DNA of 64,000 nucleotides from an uncultured bacterium (lineage in GTDB: Bacteria > Cloacimonadota > Cloacimonadia > Cloacimonadales > TCS61), in NCBI GenBank assembly GCA_965370415.1, contig CBDUTJ010000003.1:22165-86164 (forward strand). The letters are read 5' to 3'. The notes beneath the pieces were generated by a model, which worked only from the letters and a program-made list of their open reading frames with translations, was not told where the DNA came from and searched no databases. This document shows positions 37,747 through 47,606 of the stretch, one piece after another. The translations under genes were made by a program, and so were the position numbers. Numbering within the stretch: position 1 is the first letter of the stretch; each line of letters starts with the position of its first letter.

Positions 37747-39453
37747 ATGTCGCACATTGGCTCTTACGAAGAAAGGATTAAGAATTTTGACTGGTCGATT
37801 GCAGAAAAGGAACTCGGTTACAAAGACGGAGATGTTCTAAACATTGGCTGGTATTGTTCAGATAGAATTTGTGAAATGGGAAAAGCAGATAAACTTGCTC
37901 TCATCTGGGAAGGTCTGGGTGGAGTTGAAAAGAAATACACATTTGATGATGTCCGCATAAACAGCAACAAGATCGGTGCTTTCCTGCTAAGTCTGGGAAT
38001 AAAAAATGAAGACAGGATTTGCCTTTTTATGGATAAAATTCCTGAACTTTACATTGGATTTCTGGGTGTTCTGAAGATCGGTGCAATTGCTCAACCGCTT
38101 TTCAGTGCATTTGGAGACGAATCGCTCCACGTAAGATTGGATAATGCCGAAACTACAGCTATTATTACTCAAAGAAAGCATGTTGGGAAAGTTCGTAAAC
38201 TTATTGAAAAAAGCCCGTATCTAAAACATATTATCATTGTAGATCATGATGGAAAGAAACCATTAAAAGAGAGAGAATTAACCTTTGATATGGAAGCTTA
38301 CAAAGAACCAAAAGATTTTGAGATTTTCCCAACCAAAGCAGAATCCTCTTCAGTTCTTCATTATACTTCGGGAACCACCGGACAACCCAAAGGTGTGAAA
38401 CATGTTCATTATTCTCTTATCTCGCAATATCTTACAACCAAGTGGGTTCTGGATCTCCAGGAAAATGATATTTACTGGTGCACTGCAGATCCGGGTTGGG
38501 TTACGGGAACTTCTTATGGAATTATCGGTCCCTGGAGTATGGGAATTACTCAATGCGTTCTCGATACTGGATTTTCTGCATCTTCCTGGTATAAGTTCAT
38601 TCAAAAACATAAAATTACAATGTGGTATTCTGCTCCCACTGCCATCCGTTCTTTAATGAAAGCCGGAGATGATGTTATCAAAGAATATGACCTTTCATCT
38701 CTCAGGCATCTGGCAAGTGTAGGAGAACCTCTGAATGCCGAAGCTGTAATCTGGTCAGGGAAAGTATTCGGTCATGAATTCCTCGATACTTACTGGCAGA
38801 CGGAAACCGGCTCTATGATGCTGACGAATTTTCCTGGCATGAAGATAAAACCGGGTTCGATGGGAAAACCTTTTCCGGGAATCACAGCGACTATTCTCGA
38901 TTCAAAAACTTTTGAACCCATAACGGACACCGGAAAGATCGGTCTGATCGGGTTCAAACCCGGCTGGCCTGCAATGATGAGAACTTACTGGAATAATGAA
39001 GAAACATACAAATCAAAGTTCAAAAATGGCTGGTATCTGCCTGGCGATAGATCAACTATCGATAAAGATGGTTATTTCTGGTTTGTAGGACGTGATGATG
39101 ATGTCATCAATACCGGCGGACATCTCGTAAGTCCGTTCGAGGTGGAATCTGCACTTCTGGAACATGAAGCGATTGCCGAATCTGCTGTTGTGGCAAAACC
39201 GGATGAAGTGAATATGGAAGTCGTAAAAGCTTTTGTTACGCTTAATCCCGGTTATGAAATAGATGATATGCTGGAGCTTAATATAATGAATTTCATCAGG
39301 AAGAAGCTTTCACCTCTGGCCATGCCGCAGGAGATCGAATATGTGAAATCACTTCCTAAAACAAGAAGTGGAAAGATTATGAGAAGACTTCTTCATGCTA
39401 AAGAATGGGGAGAAGATATCGGTGATACTTCCGGTCTGGATGATGATGAATAG
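37747..39453 (+). CDS. acsA: acetate-CoA ligase-like AMP-forming adenylation enzyme
   Basis: HYTSGTTGQPKG, WCTADPGWVTG, SVGEPLN, DTYWQTETG, GRDDD, PKTRSGKIMRR. Confidence 0.9.
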   Translation: MSHIGSYEERIKNFDWSIAEKELGYKDGDVLNIGWYCSDRICEMGKADKLALIWEGLGGVEKKYTFDDVRINSNKIGAFLLSLGIKNEDRICLFMDKIPELYIGFLGVLKIGAIAQPLFSAFGDESLHVRLDNAETTAIITQRKHVGKVRKLIEKSPYLKHIIIVDHDGKKPLKERELTFDMEAYKEPKDFEIFPTKAESSSVLHYTSGTTGQPKGVKHVHYSLISQYLTTKWVLDLQENDIYWCTADPGWVTGTSYGIIGPWSMGITQCVLDTGFSASSWYKFIQKHKITMWYSAPTAIRSLMKAGDDVIKEYDLSSLRHLASVGEPLNAEAVIWSGKVFGHEFLDTYWQTETGSMMLTNFPGMKIKPGSMGKPFPGITATILDSKTFEPITDTGKIGLIGFKPGWPAMMRTYWNNEETYKSKFKNGWYLPGDRSTIDKDGYFWFVGRDDDVINTGGHLVSPFEVESALLEHEAIAESAVVAKPDEVNMEVVKAFVTLNPGYEIDDMLELNIMNFIRKKLSPLAMPQEIEYVKSLPKTRSGKIMRRLLHAKEWGEDIGDTSGLDDDE

Positions 39454-39509
39454 GATTAGCAACGAACCAAAACGAACAAGATAAGATTAATTTCATAGAT
39501 GTGGAAGTT

Positions 39510-39626
39510 GTGAAACCTTTTAAGGTAAAACCCTTTGCAATTTCCCTTTAACAAAAGGGAAAACGTAGAGAAGCAAGAAAAACCAATAAGCTCCTTTTCA
39601 TAGATAGGAGAAGGTTGGGATGAGGT
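39510..39626. repeat. cluster of REP-like hairpins
   Basis: acctt-tt-aaggt; tttcccttt-aac-aaagggaaa; ctcct...aggagaaggttgggatgagg. Confidence 0.55.
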
Positions 39627-39665
39627 TGATATTAAAAATTTAACAAAATAATAAAGGAGAAAAAA

Positions 39666-39911
39666 ATGGAAGAAATGAAAGATGTAATTTTAGAATACGT
39701 TATCGAGGAATACCTCGAAGACGAAGATGAGGAATTAACTTACGATACACCGCTCATTTCCGGCGGGATCGTAGATTCTTTCTCAATGGTTTCACTCAAG
39801 AGATTCTTGGAAGCAAAATACAAAATTTCCATTCCCGATGAAAAAGCCAGTCCGGAAGCGTTTGATTCAGTTAATAAGATCGTAGAATTAGTAAAAGAAT
39901 TTGTTGGCTAA
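39666..39911 (+). CDS. acyl carrier protein (DltC-like stand-alone carrier)
   Basis: 81 aa, acidic; DTPLISGGIVDSFS with phosphopantetheine Ser38; FDSVNKI; AAGGAG RBS. Confidence 0.92.
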   Translation: MEEMKDVILEYVIEEYLEDEDEELTYDTPLISGGIVDSFSMVSLKRFLEAKYKISIPDEKASPEAFDSVNKIVELVKEFVG

Positions 39912-39916
39912 ACAAA

Positions 39917-39986
39917 AACCTTGCGAATGGGTTACTCCCCTTTGTAAGGGGAGATTAAGAGGGGTTTTCTTGACCTCGCAAAGGTT
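39917..39986. repeat. nested palindromic repeat
   Basis: aaccttgcga ... tcgcaaaggtt arms enclosing ctcccctt-tgt-aaggggag-attaagaggggtt. Confidence 0.6.
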
Positions 39987-40044
39987 GGAATTCAGTTTAA
40001 ATAGATTAACCGTTCTGAAGGTTAGATAAAATAAGGAGTAAATT

Positions 40045-41292
40045 ATGGGTTACAGTGATAAAGTCAGAAAAATGTATCAGGAACAGATCAAAGACATTCA
40101 AGATGCAGGTATCTTCAAACAAGAGAGATTCATCCATTCTTCCCAGGCTGCCGATATCGAGGTTGAATATCCTACCGGTTCTTCATTGAAAAAAGTTATT
40201 AATATGTGCGCAAACAATTATCTGGGACTTTCCAGTCATCCGGAAGTAGTGAAAGCTGCACATGAAGGATTGGATTCTCGTGGATACGGAATGTCTTCAG
40301 TCCGTTTTATTTGCGGAACTCAGGATATTCATAATGAACTGGAAAAGAAAGTTACAGAATTTCTGGGAACAGAAGATACGATCCTTTTCCCTAGCTGTAT
40401 GGATGCAAATGCAGGGGTTTTTGAAGCTATCCTTACCGATGAAGATGTGATGATCTCCGACCGTCTGGTTCACGCTTCAATTATTGATGGAATTCGTCTT
40501 TGCGGCGCGATGCACGATACTTTCAAACATTCCAATATGGATCATCTTGATAAGAAACTTATTCTGCATGCAGATAAAAGATTGAAAGTTGTGATCACAG
40601 ATGGTGTATTCAGTATGGATGGGGACACAGCCAAGCTCGATGAAATGGTTACACTCTGCGATAAATACGACGCTATGCTTTTTGTGGATGATTCCCATTC
40701 AACCGGATTTATTGGTAAAACAGGTCGTGGAACTCACGAACATTGCGGTGTTTTTGGAAAAATAGATATTATCACAACTACATTCGGAAAAGCCCTCGGT
40801 GGTGCTTCCGGTGGATGTGTTTCCGGTCGCAAAGAACTGGTGGAGATGTGTCGTCAGAAAGCAAGACCTTATCTTTTCTCAAATACAATGGCTCCGGTTA
40901 TTGTTGCAGGAGTTCTTAAAGTTCTGGATATTCTTTCTACAAGCACAGAAAGAAGAGATAAGCTGGAAGCAAATACAGAATACTGGCGTAAAGGTTTAAC
41001 CGAAGCAGGATTCGTTCTGCAGCCTGGAGATACTCCCATCGTTCCTGTAATGCTTTTCAATGCAAAGCTCTCACAGGATTTCTCAAAAGATCTATATGAC
41101 GAAGGAATTTATGCTATTGGATTCTTCTTCCCGGTAGTTCCCAACGGAAAAGCAAGGATTAGAACGCAGATCTCTGCAGGACACGAAATTCACCATCTGG
41201 ATAAAGCATTGAAAGCTTTCATCAAAGTTGGAAAAAAATATGACATCCTGGGAAAAACAAAACAGGAAATTATCGAGAAGTACGGATTATAA
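40045..41292 (+). CDS. kbl: glycine C-acetyltransferase (2-amino-3-ketobutyrate CoA ligase)
   Basis: [67 protein letters not shown]. Confidence 0.95.
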   Translation: MGYSDKVRKMYQEQIKDIQDAGIFKQERFIHSSQAADIEVEYPTGSSLKKVINMCANNYLGLSSHPEVVKAAHEGLDSRGYGMSSVRFICGTQDIHNELEKKVTEFLGTEDTILFPSCMDANAGVFEAILTDEDVMISDRLVHASIIDGIRLCGAMHDTFKHSNMDHLDKKLILHADKRLKVVITDGVFSMDGDTAKLDEMVTLCDKYDAMLFVDDSHSTGFIGKTGRGTHEHCGVFGKIDIITTTFGKALGGASGGCVSGRKELVEMCRQKARPYLFSNTMAPVIVAGVLKVLDILSTSTERRDKLEANTEYWRKGLTEAGFVLQPGDTPIVPVMLFNAKLSQDFSKDLYDEGIYAIGFFFPVVPNGKARIRTQISAGHEIHHLDKALKAFIKVGKKYDILGKTKQEIIEKYGL

Positions 41293-41309
41293 AATATCGG
41301 AGTGAAATT

Positions 41310-41873
41310 ATGGATAACAAATTAGCAAATCCTGCACCTTTGGGATTGATGGGATTCGGAATGACAACGGTTCTTTTGAATATTCACAATGCCGGTTTTT
41401 TCCCGATCAGTTCGATGATCCTGGCAATGGGAATATTTTATGGTGGAATGGCTCAGATCTTTGCCGGAATTATGGAATTCAAAAAAGGAAATACATTTGG
41501 AACAACTGCTTTCACTTCTTATGGGCTTTTCTGGATTTCTCTGGTTGCTTTGCTGGTCTTTCCAAAAATTGGCTGGTCAACATCAACTCCATCTGCGTTT
41601 TTAGCCTGGTACTTCTTTTTGTGGGGACTTTTCACTTTCTTTATGTGGTTGGCAACTTTTGGAACCAACAGAGCTCTGCAATTTGTATTTCTATCTTTAA
41701 CCGTTCTTTTCTGGCTTCTGGCTATCAAAGATTGGACAGGTTTGGAAATCATTGGAAAGATAGCTGGCTGGGAAGGAATTATCTGTGGGTTTACCGCTAT
41801 TTACCTGGCAATGGCACAAGTTCTAAATGAAGCCCGGGGTAAAATTATTCTTCCGATAGGTAATAAAAAATAA
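41310..41873 (+). CDS. satP: acetate/succinate channel, GPR1/FUN34/YaaH family
   Basis: [35 protein letters not shown]; six hydrophobic segments. Confidence 0.95.
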   Translation: MDNKLANPAPLGLMGFGMTTVLLNIHNAGFFPISSMILAMGIFYGGMAQIFAGIMEFKKGNTFGTTAFTSYGLFWISLVALLVFPKIGWSTSTPSAFLAWYFFLWGLFTFFMWLATFGTNRALQFVFLSLTVLFWLLAIKDWTGLEIIGKIAGWEGIICGFTAIYLAMAQVLNEARGKIILPIGNKK

Positions 41874-41877
41874 ACTG

Positions 41878-41903
41878 AAAGCCCTGTCGATTCAGGGCTT
41901 TTT
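41878..41903 (+). terminator. intrinsic terminator closing the tdh-satP operon
   Basis: aaagccctg-tcgatt-cagggcttttt. Confidence 0.8.
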
Positions 41904-41915
41904 ATAGTTGATTCA

Positions 41916-42755
41916 ATGAAAAAAAATGGAATTCTGTATATTGTTCCCACACCTATCGGCAATCTTGCAGATATGACCTTCAGGGCGGTAGAAGTTTTAA
42001 AGAATGTTGCTCTGATCGGTGCAGAGGACACACGAACTTCTGCCAAACTTTTAAGACATTATCATATCAAAACTCCAATGGTAAGCTATCATAAGTTTAA
42101 TGAACGCTCCAGAGTGGAAAAATTCCTGGATAAACTGAAAAAAGGGGAAGATGTTGCTGTCATTTCAGATGCCGGCACTCCCGGCATTTCCGATCCTGCT
42201 TCGATCATTATAAAAGCTGCAATCGAGAATAATATCAAAGTTGAAACACTTCCCGGTGCAACAGCTTTTATTCCAGCTTTGGTAAGTTCCGGCTTTAATA
42301 CAGAGAGATTCTATTTTACCGGATTCCTTCCTGAAAAAAAATCGGAGAAAGATAACCTTCTAAGGGAACTGGTAAATATCAAAGATCCGATCATCTTTTA
42401 TGAAGCTCCACACAGATTAATTAAGTTTCTGTCTGGACTGAAAGAAGCATTTGGAAACCGGAAGATCGTCATTGCCCGTGAGCTTTCAAAGTTATACGAA
42501 ACATACTACAGAACTACAATTGATGAAGTTCTAACAACCCCGGGTATGATAACCCTGAAAGGTGAATTCGTGATTATCGTGGAGGGTGCAGAAGAAAAAG
42601 AATATTCAAATGCAGAATTGACAGAAATTCTTCAGATTGAACTCAGCAAACGTAAATCGAAAAAAGATGTAATAAAAAAAGTCCAGGAATTAACCGGAGA
42701 ATCAAAGAATAAAATTTATAGTTTGGTTTTAAAACTAAAAGAAAACTTAAAATAA
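41916..42755 (+). CDS. rsmI: 16S rRNA C1402 2'-O-methyltransferase
   Basis: LYIVPTPIGNL, EDTR, SDAGTPGISDP, FYEAPHR, ARELSKLYE. Confidence 0.96.
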   Translation: MKKNGILYIVPTPIGNLADMTFRAVEVLKNVALIGAEDTRTSAKLLRHYHIKTPMVSYHKFNERSRVEKFLDKLKKGEDVAVISDAGTPGISDPASIIIKAAIENNIKVETLPGATAFIPALVSSGFNTERFYFTGFLPEKKSEKDNLLRELVNIKDPIIFYEAPHRLIKFLSGLKEAFGNRKIVIARELSKLYETYYRTTIDEVLTTPGMITLKGEFVIIVEGAEEKEYSNAELTEILQIELSKRKSKKDVIKKVQELTGESKNKIYSLVLKLKENLK

Positions 42756-42814
42756 TTGACGTTAAATCAGAATGAAAATTTCTTAAACTAAAGAAAATTT
42801 ACGAGGAGAAACTT

Positions 42815-43141
42815 ATGTTCCCAGGTGGAAATAAAGGTATGAAGGATCTGATGAAAAAAGCCCAGAAAATGCAACAGGACCTTGCCAAAGCTCAGGAAGA
42901 ACTGGCTAATAAGATAGTGGAAGGTTCAGCTGGTGGCGGTATGGTAAAAGTGAAAATGAATGGCAAAAATCAGATTGTTTCTTTGAAGATAGATAAAGAA
43001 GTAGTTGACCATGAAGATGTGGAAATGCTGGAAGACCTCATCATTGCTGCTATAAATGAAGCTCAAGAAAAGATTACTCAAACCAGTCAGGATGAATTAA
43101 GCAAATTAACAGGTGGGATCAACATCCCGGGAATGTTTTAG
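42815..43141 (+). CDS. ybaB: YbaB/EbfC nucleoid-associated protein
   Basis: AQKMQ, GSAGGGMVKV, EMLEDLIIAAIN; adjacent recR. Confidence 0.95.
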   Translation: MFPGGNKGMKDLMKKAQKMQQDLAKAQEELANKIVEGSAGGGMVKVKMNGKNQIVSLKIDKEVVDHEDVEMLEDLIIAAINEAQEKITQTSQDELSKLTGGINIPGMF

Positions 43142-43743
43142 TGTTTTCTGGTTTATTAGCAGAACTGGTCCAGAATTTAAAGAAGCTGCCCGGCATTGGA
43201 TCTAAATCTGCACAACGACTGGCCATGTATCTTATCAGTATGGATAAAGAAAAGGCTCTAGAATTATCTGAATCCATCCGGAAAACGGTGGAAAGCTATA
43301 CTAATTGTTCGGTCTGTAATATGCTTACAGAAACCGATCCCTGCCTGTTCTGTGCAGATACAAACCGTAATGATAATGTGCTTTGCGTAGTTGAAAATAC
43401 GCAGGATATTTATTTGATCGAGAACACACACGAGTATAGCGGTAAATATTTTGTACTGGGTAATTTACTATCACCACTCGATGGTATCGGACCGGAAGAT
43501 ATCAAATTTTCCAAATTGCTGAAACTGGTTGAAACAAATAAGATCAGAGAGTTAATACTGGCTTTGAATCCATCTGCAGAAGGTGAGAGTACTATCAGCT
43601 TCCTGGCATCGAAATTTGAGGGTCATCAATTAAAGATCACCCGTCTTTCTACCGGACTACCTTTTGGCGGTGATATCGAATATACCAGCTCTTTAACTCT
43701 TGGAAACGCACTTAAAAGAAGATATTCTGTTAAAGATAGCTAA
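43141..43743 (+). CDS. recR: recombination mediator RecR
   Basis: LPGIGSKSAQRLA, CSVC...CLFC zinc finger, SPLDGIGP, GLPFGGDIEY. Confidence 0.96.
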   Translation: MFSGLLAELVQNLKKLPGIGSKSAQRLAMYLISMDKEKALELSESIRKTVESYTNCSVCNMLTETDPCLFCADTNRNDNVLCVVENTQDIYLIENTHEYSGKYFVLGNLLSPLDGIGPEDIKFSKLLKLVETNKIRELILALNPSAEGESTISFLASKFEGHQLKITRLSTGLPFGGDIEYTSSLTLGNALKRRYSVKDS

Positions 43744-43824
43744 AGTTAAGCAAAGTCAGTAAAAGCTAACTCAGATCGGGTTTCATAATTCAAAAAATGG
43801 ACCCAAGAAAATTATAATTAATTT

Positions 43825-45054
43825 ATGAAAAAAAATAAAGAAAAATTTTATTCCCCTGGAACAAACTTGATTTTATATACTTTGCTGCTTGTTGCAACTC
43901 CCTTTCTTATAGTGCAAAATTATCTCCAACAGGTAATTGGAATGACATCTCAGTTATCTTTTACAATGTTGGGAATGGACATCCCATATATTGTTGCAAT
44001 TGCTATTTTTTTCGTTATTAGTCTCATTGTAGTTCTACGGCACAAAACAACGATTTTCCGAGTTTATGCCTGGATAGTTGTTATTTTTATGATGATTCTC
44101 GGTCAAAACTCTACTGATTATTATTTTAATCATAAATTCTATGAACTTCAGCATAACTGGCATTATTTGGCTTATGCTTGTTTTACCTTTATTATGTACA
44201 GGTGCCTCAAACAAAAAAAGTATCCTTCCGAACGAATTATTCGATACACATTTATTTCTGCTATTTGCATTTCTACCTTTGATGAAGCGATCCAAATCCT
44301 GATCTCAAGCAGGATATTTGATATTTGTGATATTGCAAAAGACATCTGGGGAACAGTAATTGGCATGATCGTGATCTTTTTTGTAATTGAGCAAGGGAAA
44401 ATTGTTAGAGATGGTTGGAAATTCAGGCAAAAAAAAGTCAGCGATTATTTCAAAAAACCATTTTCTTTACTCTTTTTAGAAATGATCTTTGCATATCTTT
44501 TACTTCTGATAAGCTCGATACTCTCTAACAATGAATATTTGGGAATTGCTATTTTATTTACTCTTATTGCCTTTTTCATTTTCTTTTTTATCTTTCATAA
44601 TTCCCAGAAAAAAGTTTATCGAAATATTTTCATTTCTATTGCTGTTCTTATTTTATTATTACAAAGCATTTTTTTTATAAAATACCATAAATCGAATATT
44701 GTTTATAATAAGAAGGGAATTGTTGTTTATAAAGGTATTCCAATTCCATATTTTGATATTATGATTTTCCCTAACGGTACCTTTAGATTGGTAGATAAAA
44801 AAATCTATTTTAATCAAAAAGATAAATTTAACAGGATATATATACATTCCAAAGATATTCTACTGGTTGGAAGTGGTAAAGATGGGGAAGGAGGAATGGG
44901 CTTTATTGACGAGAAAAGAGAAACCCAATTTGTGTTTAATCCAATAAAAAAAATTCCTCTTCAGGTGATAGTTCTAAAAACTCCCGAAGCGTGTGAAGAA
45001 TTCAATTTGTTAAAAAGTAAAGGTTATGATGTTATGTTCATTATTCATAATTAA
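43825..45054 (+). CDS. polytopic membrane protein with VanZ-like domain and C-terminal Mth938-like domain
   Basis: HYLAY...FDEAIQ...SRIFDICDIAKDIWG (VanZ-like); LLVGSG...KTPEACEEFN...IIH (Mth938-like). Confidence 0.65.
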   Translation: MKKNKEKFYSPGTNLILYTLLLVATPFLIVQNYLQQVIGMTSQLSFTMLGMDIPYIVAIAIFFVISLIVVLRHKTTIFRVYAWIVVIFMMILGQNSTDYYFNHKFYELQHNWHYLAYACFTFIMYRCLKQKKYPSERIIRYTFISAICISTFDEAIQILISSRIFDICDIAKDIWGTVIGMIVIFFVIEQGKIVRDGWKFRQKKVSDYFKKPFSLLFLEMIFAYLLLLISSILSNNEYLGIAILFTLIAFFIFFFIFHNSQKKVYRNIFISIAVLILLLQSIFFIKYHKSNIVYNKKGIVVYKGIPIPYFDIMIFPNGTFRLVDKKIYFNQKDKFNRIYIHSKDILLVGSGKDGEGGMGFIDEKRETQFVFNPIKKIPLQVIVLKTPEACEEFNLLKSKGYDVMFIIHN

Positions 45055-45074
45055 AATACAGGTATTAAAGAAAA

Positions 45075-45965
45075 GTGGAAAAAGATAAAAAAATTAAAGA
45101 TAAGTTTATCAGATATTTTTTAATTTTTATCTGGATCATACTCTTTGGTTTTGGATTTATTTCAATCATAAAACCTGTCTGGCTTATAAATCTATCTGAA
45201 ACCGGTAAAAGCATGGAAGCTCAACATCATATGAATAAGGGTTATGAAGCCCTTAAGAATAAAAATTACAAAGTGGCTCTGGAATCATACAAGGCAGCTC
45301 TTAAAGTTCAACCTGAAATGGAAGGAGCATATATAGGATTAGGTGTTACTTATTCTAAAATGGGATCAAACGACAAAGCAATTTCGATCTTTAAAAAACT
45401 ACTTAAAGAAAAACCGGAGAACCCTTATGCATTATACTATAATCTGGCAGAAATTTATGAGAATACAGGGAAAATTGACAAAGCAGTAAACTATTACATA
45501 AAATCTGCCGAGACAGCACCAATTGCATTTTATCCGTATGGTAAAATAGGACAAATATTTTTAAACAGGAAGAAATGGGATAATGCAATTCATTTTTATG
45601 AAAAAGCAATTGAAAATAAACTTGATATGAAAACATCGTATGAAGGTATGTTAAAAAGCGTTATACACAAATATTCTCATAATCCTGAAATCACTGAAAA
45701 TATAAATGAACTGCTTATAAAAGGTTTTTCTAAAGAAGTTCAGGAGCATTATTGTCCGGATAGATTTCAAAAAATTCTTGGTAAAGATAAAAACCTTGCA
45801 AATATTTATAATGATATTGGATTTGCTTATGCTATGAAAGATGAGATGGGGAAAGCGATTTCATATTTTCGAAAGTCACTAAGAATATTTCCCTCATCCA
45901 AAAGGGCAAAACAGGACCTGAAAACTGCTCTGGAAATTCAAAAGGAAAAGGTTGGATCAGAGTAA
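45075..45965 (+). CDS. membrane-anchored TPR protein
   Basis: N-terminal TM segment; repeated AYIGLGVTY, YYNLAEIY, YGKIGQIF, YNDIGFAY TPR patterns. Confidence 0.85.
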   Translation: MEKDKKIKDKFIRYFLIFIWIILFGFGFISIIKPVWLINLSETGKSMEAQHHMNKGYEALKNKNYKVALESYKAALKVQPEMEGAYIGLGVTYSKMGSNDKAISIFKKLLKEKPENPYALYYNLAEIYENTGKIDKAVNYYIKSAETAPIAFYPYGKIGQIFLNRKKWDNAIHFYEKAIENKLDMKTSYEGMLKSVIHKYSHNPEITENINELLIKGFSKEVQEHYCPDRFQKILGKDKNLANIYNDIGFAYAMKDEMGKAISYFRKSLRIFPSSKRAKQDLKTALEIQKEKVGSE

Positions 45966-46000
45966 GTTACAAAGGAAGAAAATTACGCAGGAGATGTTGA

Positions 46001-47284
46001 TTGAAAATGGGTTTTAAAAACTTGTTAAGTTTGATGCTTATCACATTCATTCTCATTTCCTGTGGTCATCGTAAAAAGCCGACAGGTGGACCAAAAGATA
46101 CGGTTAATCCTGAAATATTATCTATCTTACCGGATGAATTCAGTGATATAAATACTGAAGATATAGAAATCACGTTCTCCAAACCGATTGACAGAGCTTC
46201 TATACTTACAGGAATTTATATTTATCCACCGATAGATCAGAAAAAATTCAAATGGGATAAAAGCGTTCTGACTATAAAGATCCTGGAAGAACTGGAAGAC
46301 AGTACAAATTATTTCTTCACTTTCTCTCAGAGAATAAAAGGTGAACACGGCAATGAACTCGATAGGAATTATACATTTGTTTTTGCCAGCGGGAAACTGA
46401 ATGAAAATAAAATTTCGGGTAATCTAATTTTTGAACTTGAAGAAGATAGCAATCAGCCGATTCAGTGTACAATTCAAGCTCCTGATTCAACCTTCATCTT
46501 TAACCATATAATAAATGGAAAGACCTACTCATTTGAAAATCTGAACAATACCGATCATATTCTGGAAGCATACATAGATAAAAACAAAAACAATAAGTAC
46601 GATTATGGCAATGAACCGTATTTCCATAAATATATTATCGCCGGTCAATTTAATTCGGTAGATATGGAAATGATATATTCAGACACTTTGAAGCCTGAGA
46701 TACAATCTGTAAAAGTGCATTCAAATAAACAGATCAAACTTATATTATCTGAGATTATAAAATACTATTCTGAGATCAAGATAGTAACTGCCGATTCTCT
46801 GGAGATTCCCGTTGATATAGTAGCACATTCTCTGAGGGAAGATATGATCTCGATTGTTTCTGCTGAATTGGATACTTGCCAATATTACCTGAAGATCTAT
46901 TCACTGGAAGATAATAAACAGAATGTCAGCAATGAATTATCGATCCTGTTCGATGGTTTAGCCGTGAGAGATTCTATTCCACCGGAAGTGCTCTTTGTGT
47001 ATCCAAGAAATGGTGCAACAATAGATAATTTGAAACCTGTTATTTCTATTACATTTTCAGAAATAATTCCCATAAATAACTTTGAAGCACAACTTATAAA
47101 TTCCGAAACTCTGGAACAGATCCCTCTGGAAATATTATCGGGACATTCGGATATTTATAGATTACAACCTGAGATCAAATTAGCTAATTATTCTTCTTAC
47201 ACCTTAAAAATAAATGTTACTGATTCAAGTGATAACCCATTTGAAGAACTTTTTAAAACTAGTTTTATACCCATTGTAAGATAA
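46001..47284 (+). CDS. lipoprotein with bacterial Ig-like (Big_5-type) domains
   Basis: Lipobox LISC then PTGGPKDTVNPEI; IEITFSKPI; DSIPPEV...PRNGA...ITFSE. Confidence 0.8.
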   Translation: MKMGFKNLLSLMLITFILISCGHRKKPTGGPKDTVNPEILSILPDEFSDINTEDIEITFSKPIDRASILTGIYIYPPIDQKKFKWDKSVLTIKILEELEDSTNYFFTFSQRIKGEHGNELDRNYTFVFASGKLNENKISGNLIFELEEDSNQPIQCTIQAPDSTFIFNHIINGKTYSFENLNNTDHILEAYIDKNKNNKYDYGNEPYFHKYIIAGQFNSVDMEMIYSDTLKPEIQSVKVHSNKQIKLILSEIIKYYSEIKIVTADSLEIPVDIVAHSLREDMISIVSAELDTCQYYLKIYSLEDNKQNVSNELSILFDGLAVRDSIPPEVLFVYPRNGATIDNLKPVISITFSEIIPINNFEAQLINSETLEQIPLEILSGHSDIYRLQPEIKLANYSSYTLKINVTDSSDNPFEELFKTSFIPIVR

Positions 47285-47436
47285 TTTTGTAGTTATAATA
47301 AACTGAAATACTAACCTCTTATAGATTAATGAGTTGAAGTTTTTAACAGGTAATACTCCAATATCTCAGATGTAACTTAACTATCTGATAAGTATAAACT
47401 TAGTGAGCATAAAGTGTCCAATTGGTGTTAAATAAC

Positions 47437-47606
47437 TTGACATTATGTATCATATTCAATCAGTTGACGAGTAGAAGTAGATAGAATCTAATTTTGTATA
47501 GAGGTGTGTAAATATCGCAGGCAAATTTTTGAGTGTTTAATATCGAAATTAAAAAAATGTGTGTTAACCAAAATTAAATCAATTTATTATTTAACGAGGA
47601 GAGAAA
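47437..47606 (+). promoter_or_regulatory. putative promoter/leader shared with the next porin gene
   Basis: aataacTTGACA (47437), tttgtatag, tatcgaa..aaaaaaatgtgtgttaacca, GAGGAG RBS; the same blocks recur at 48639-48793. Confidence 0.55.

Noticed and set aside
36055-41292. Sphingolipid cluster (SPT + ACP + acyl ligase + reductase)
   Set aside because: The PLP enzyme has Kbl-type motifs ([16 protein letters not shown]), the SDR has threonine dehydrogenase motifs (PGGGTTDY), and the ligase keeps the Trp of short-chain Acs enzymes (YWQTE).
47285-47430. Possible small RNA in the long intergenic region
   Set aside because: No stable structure or known family motif was recognisable by eye.
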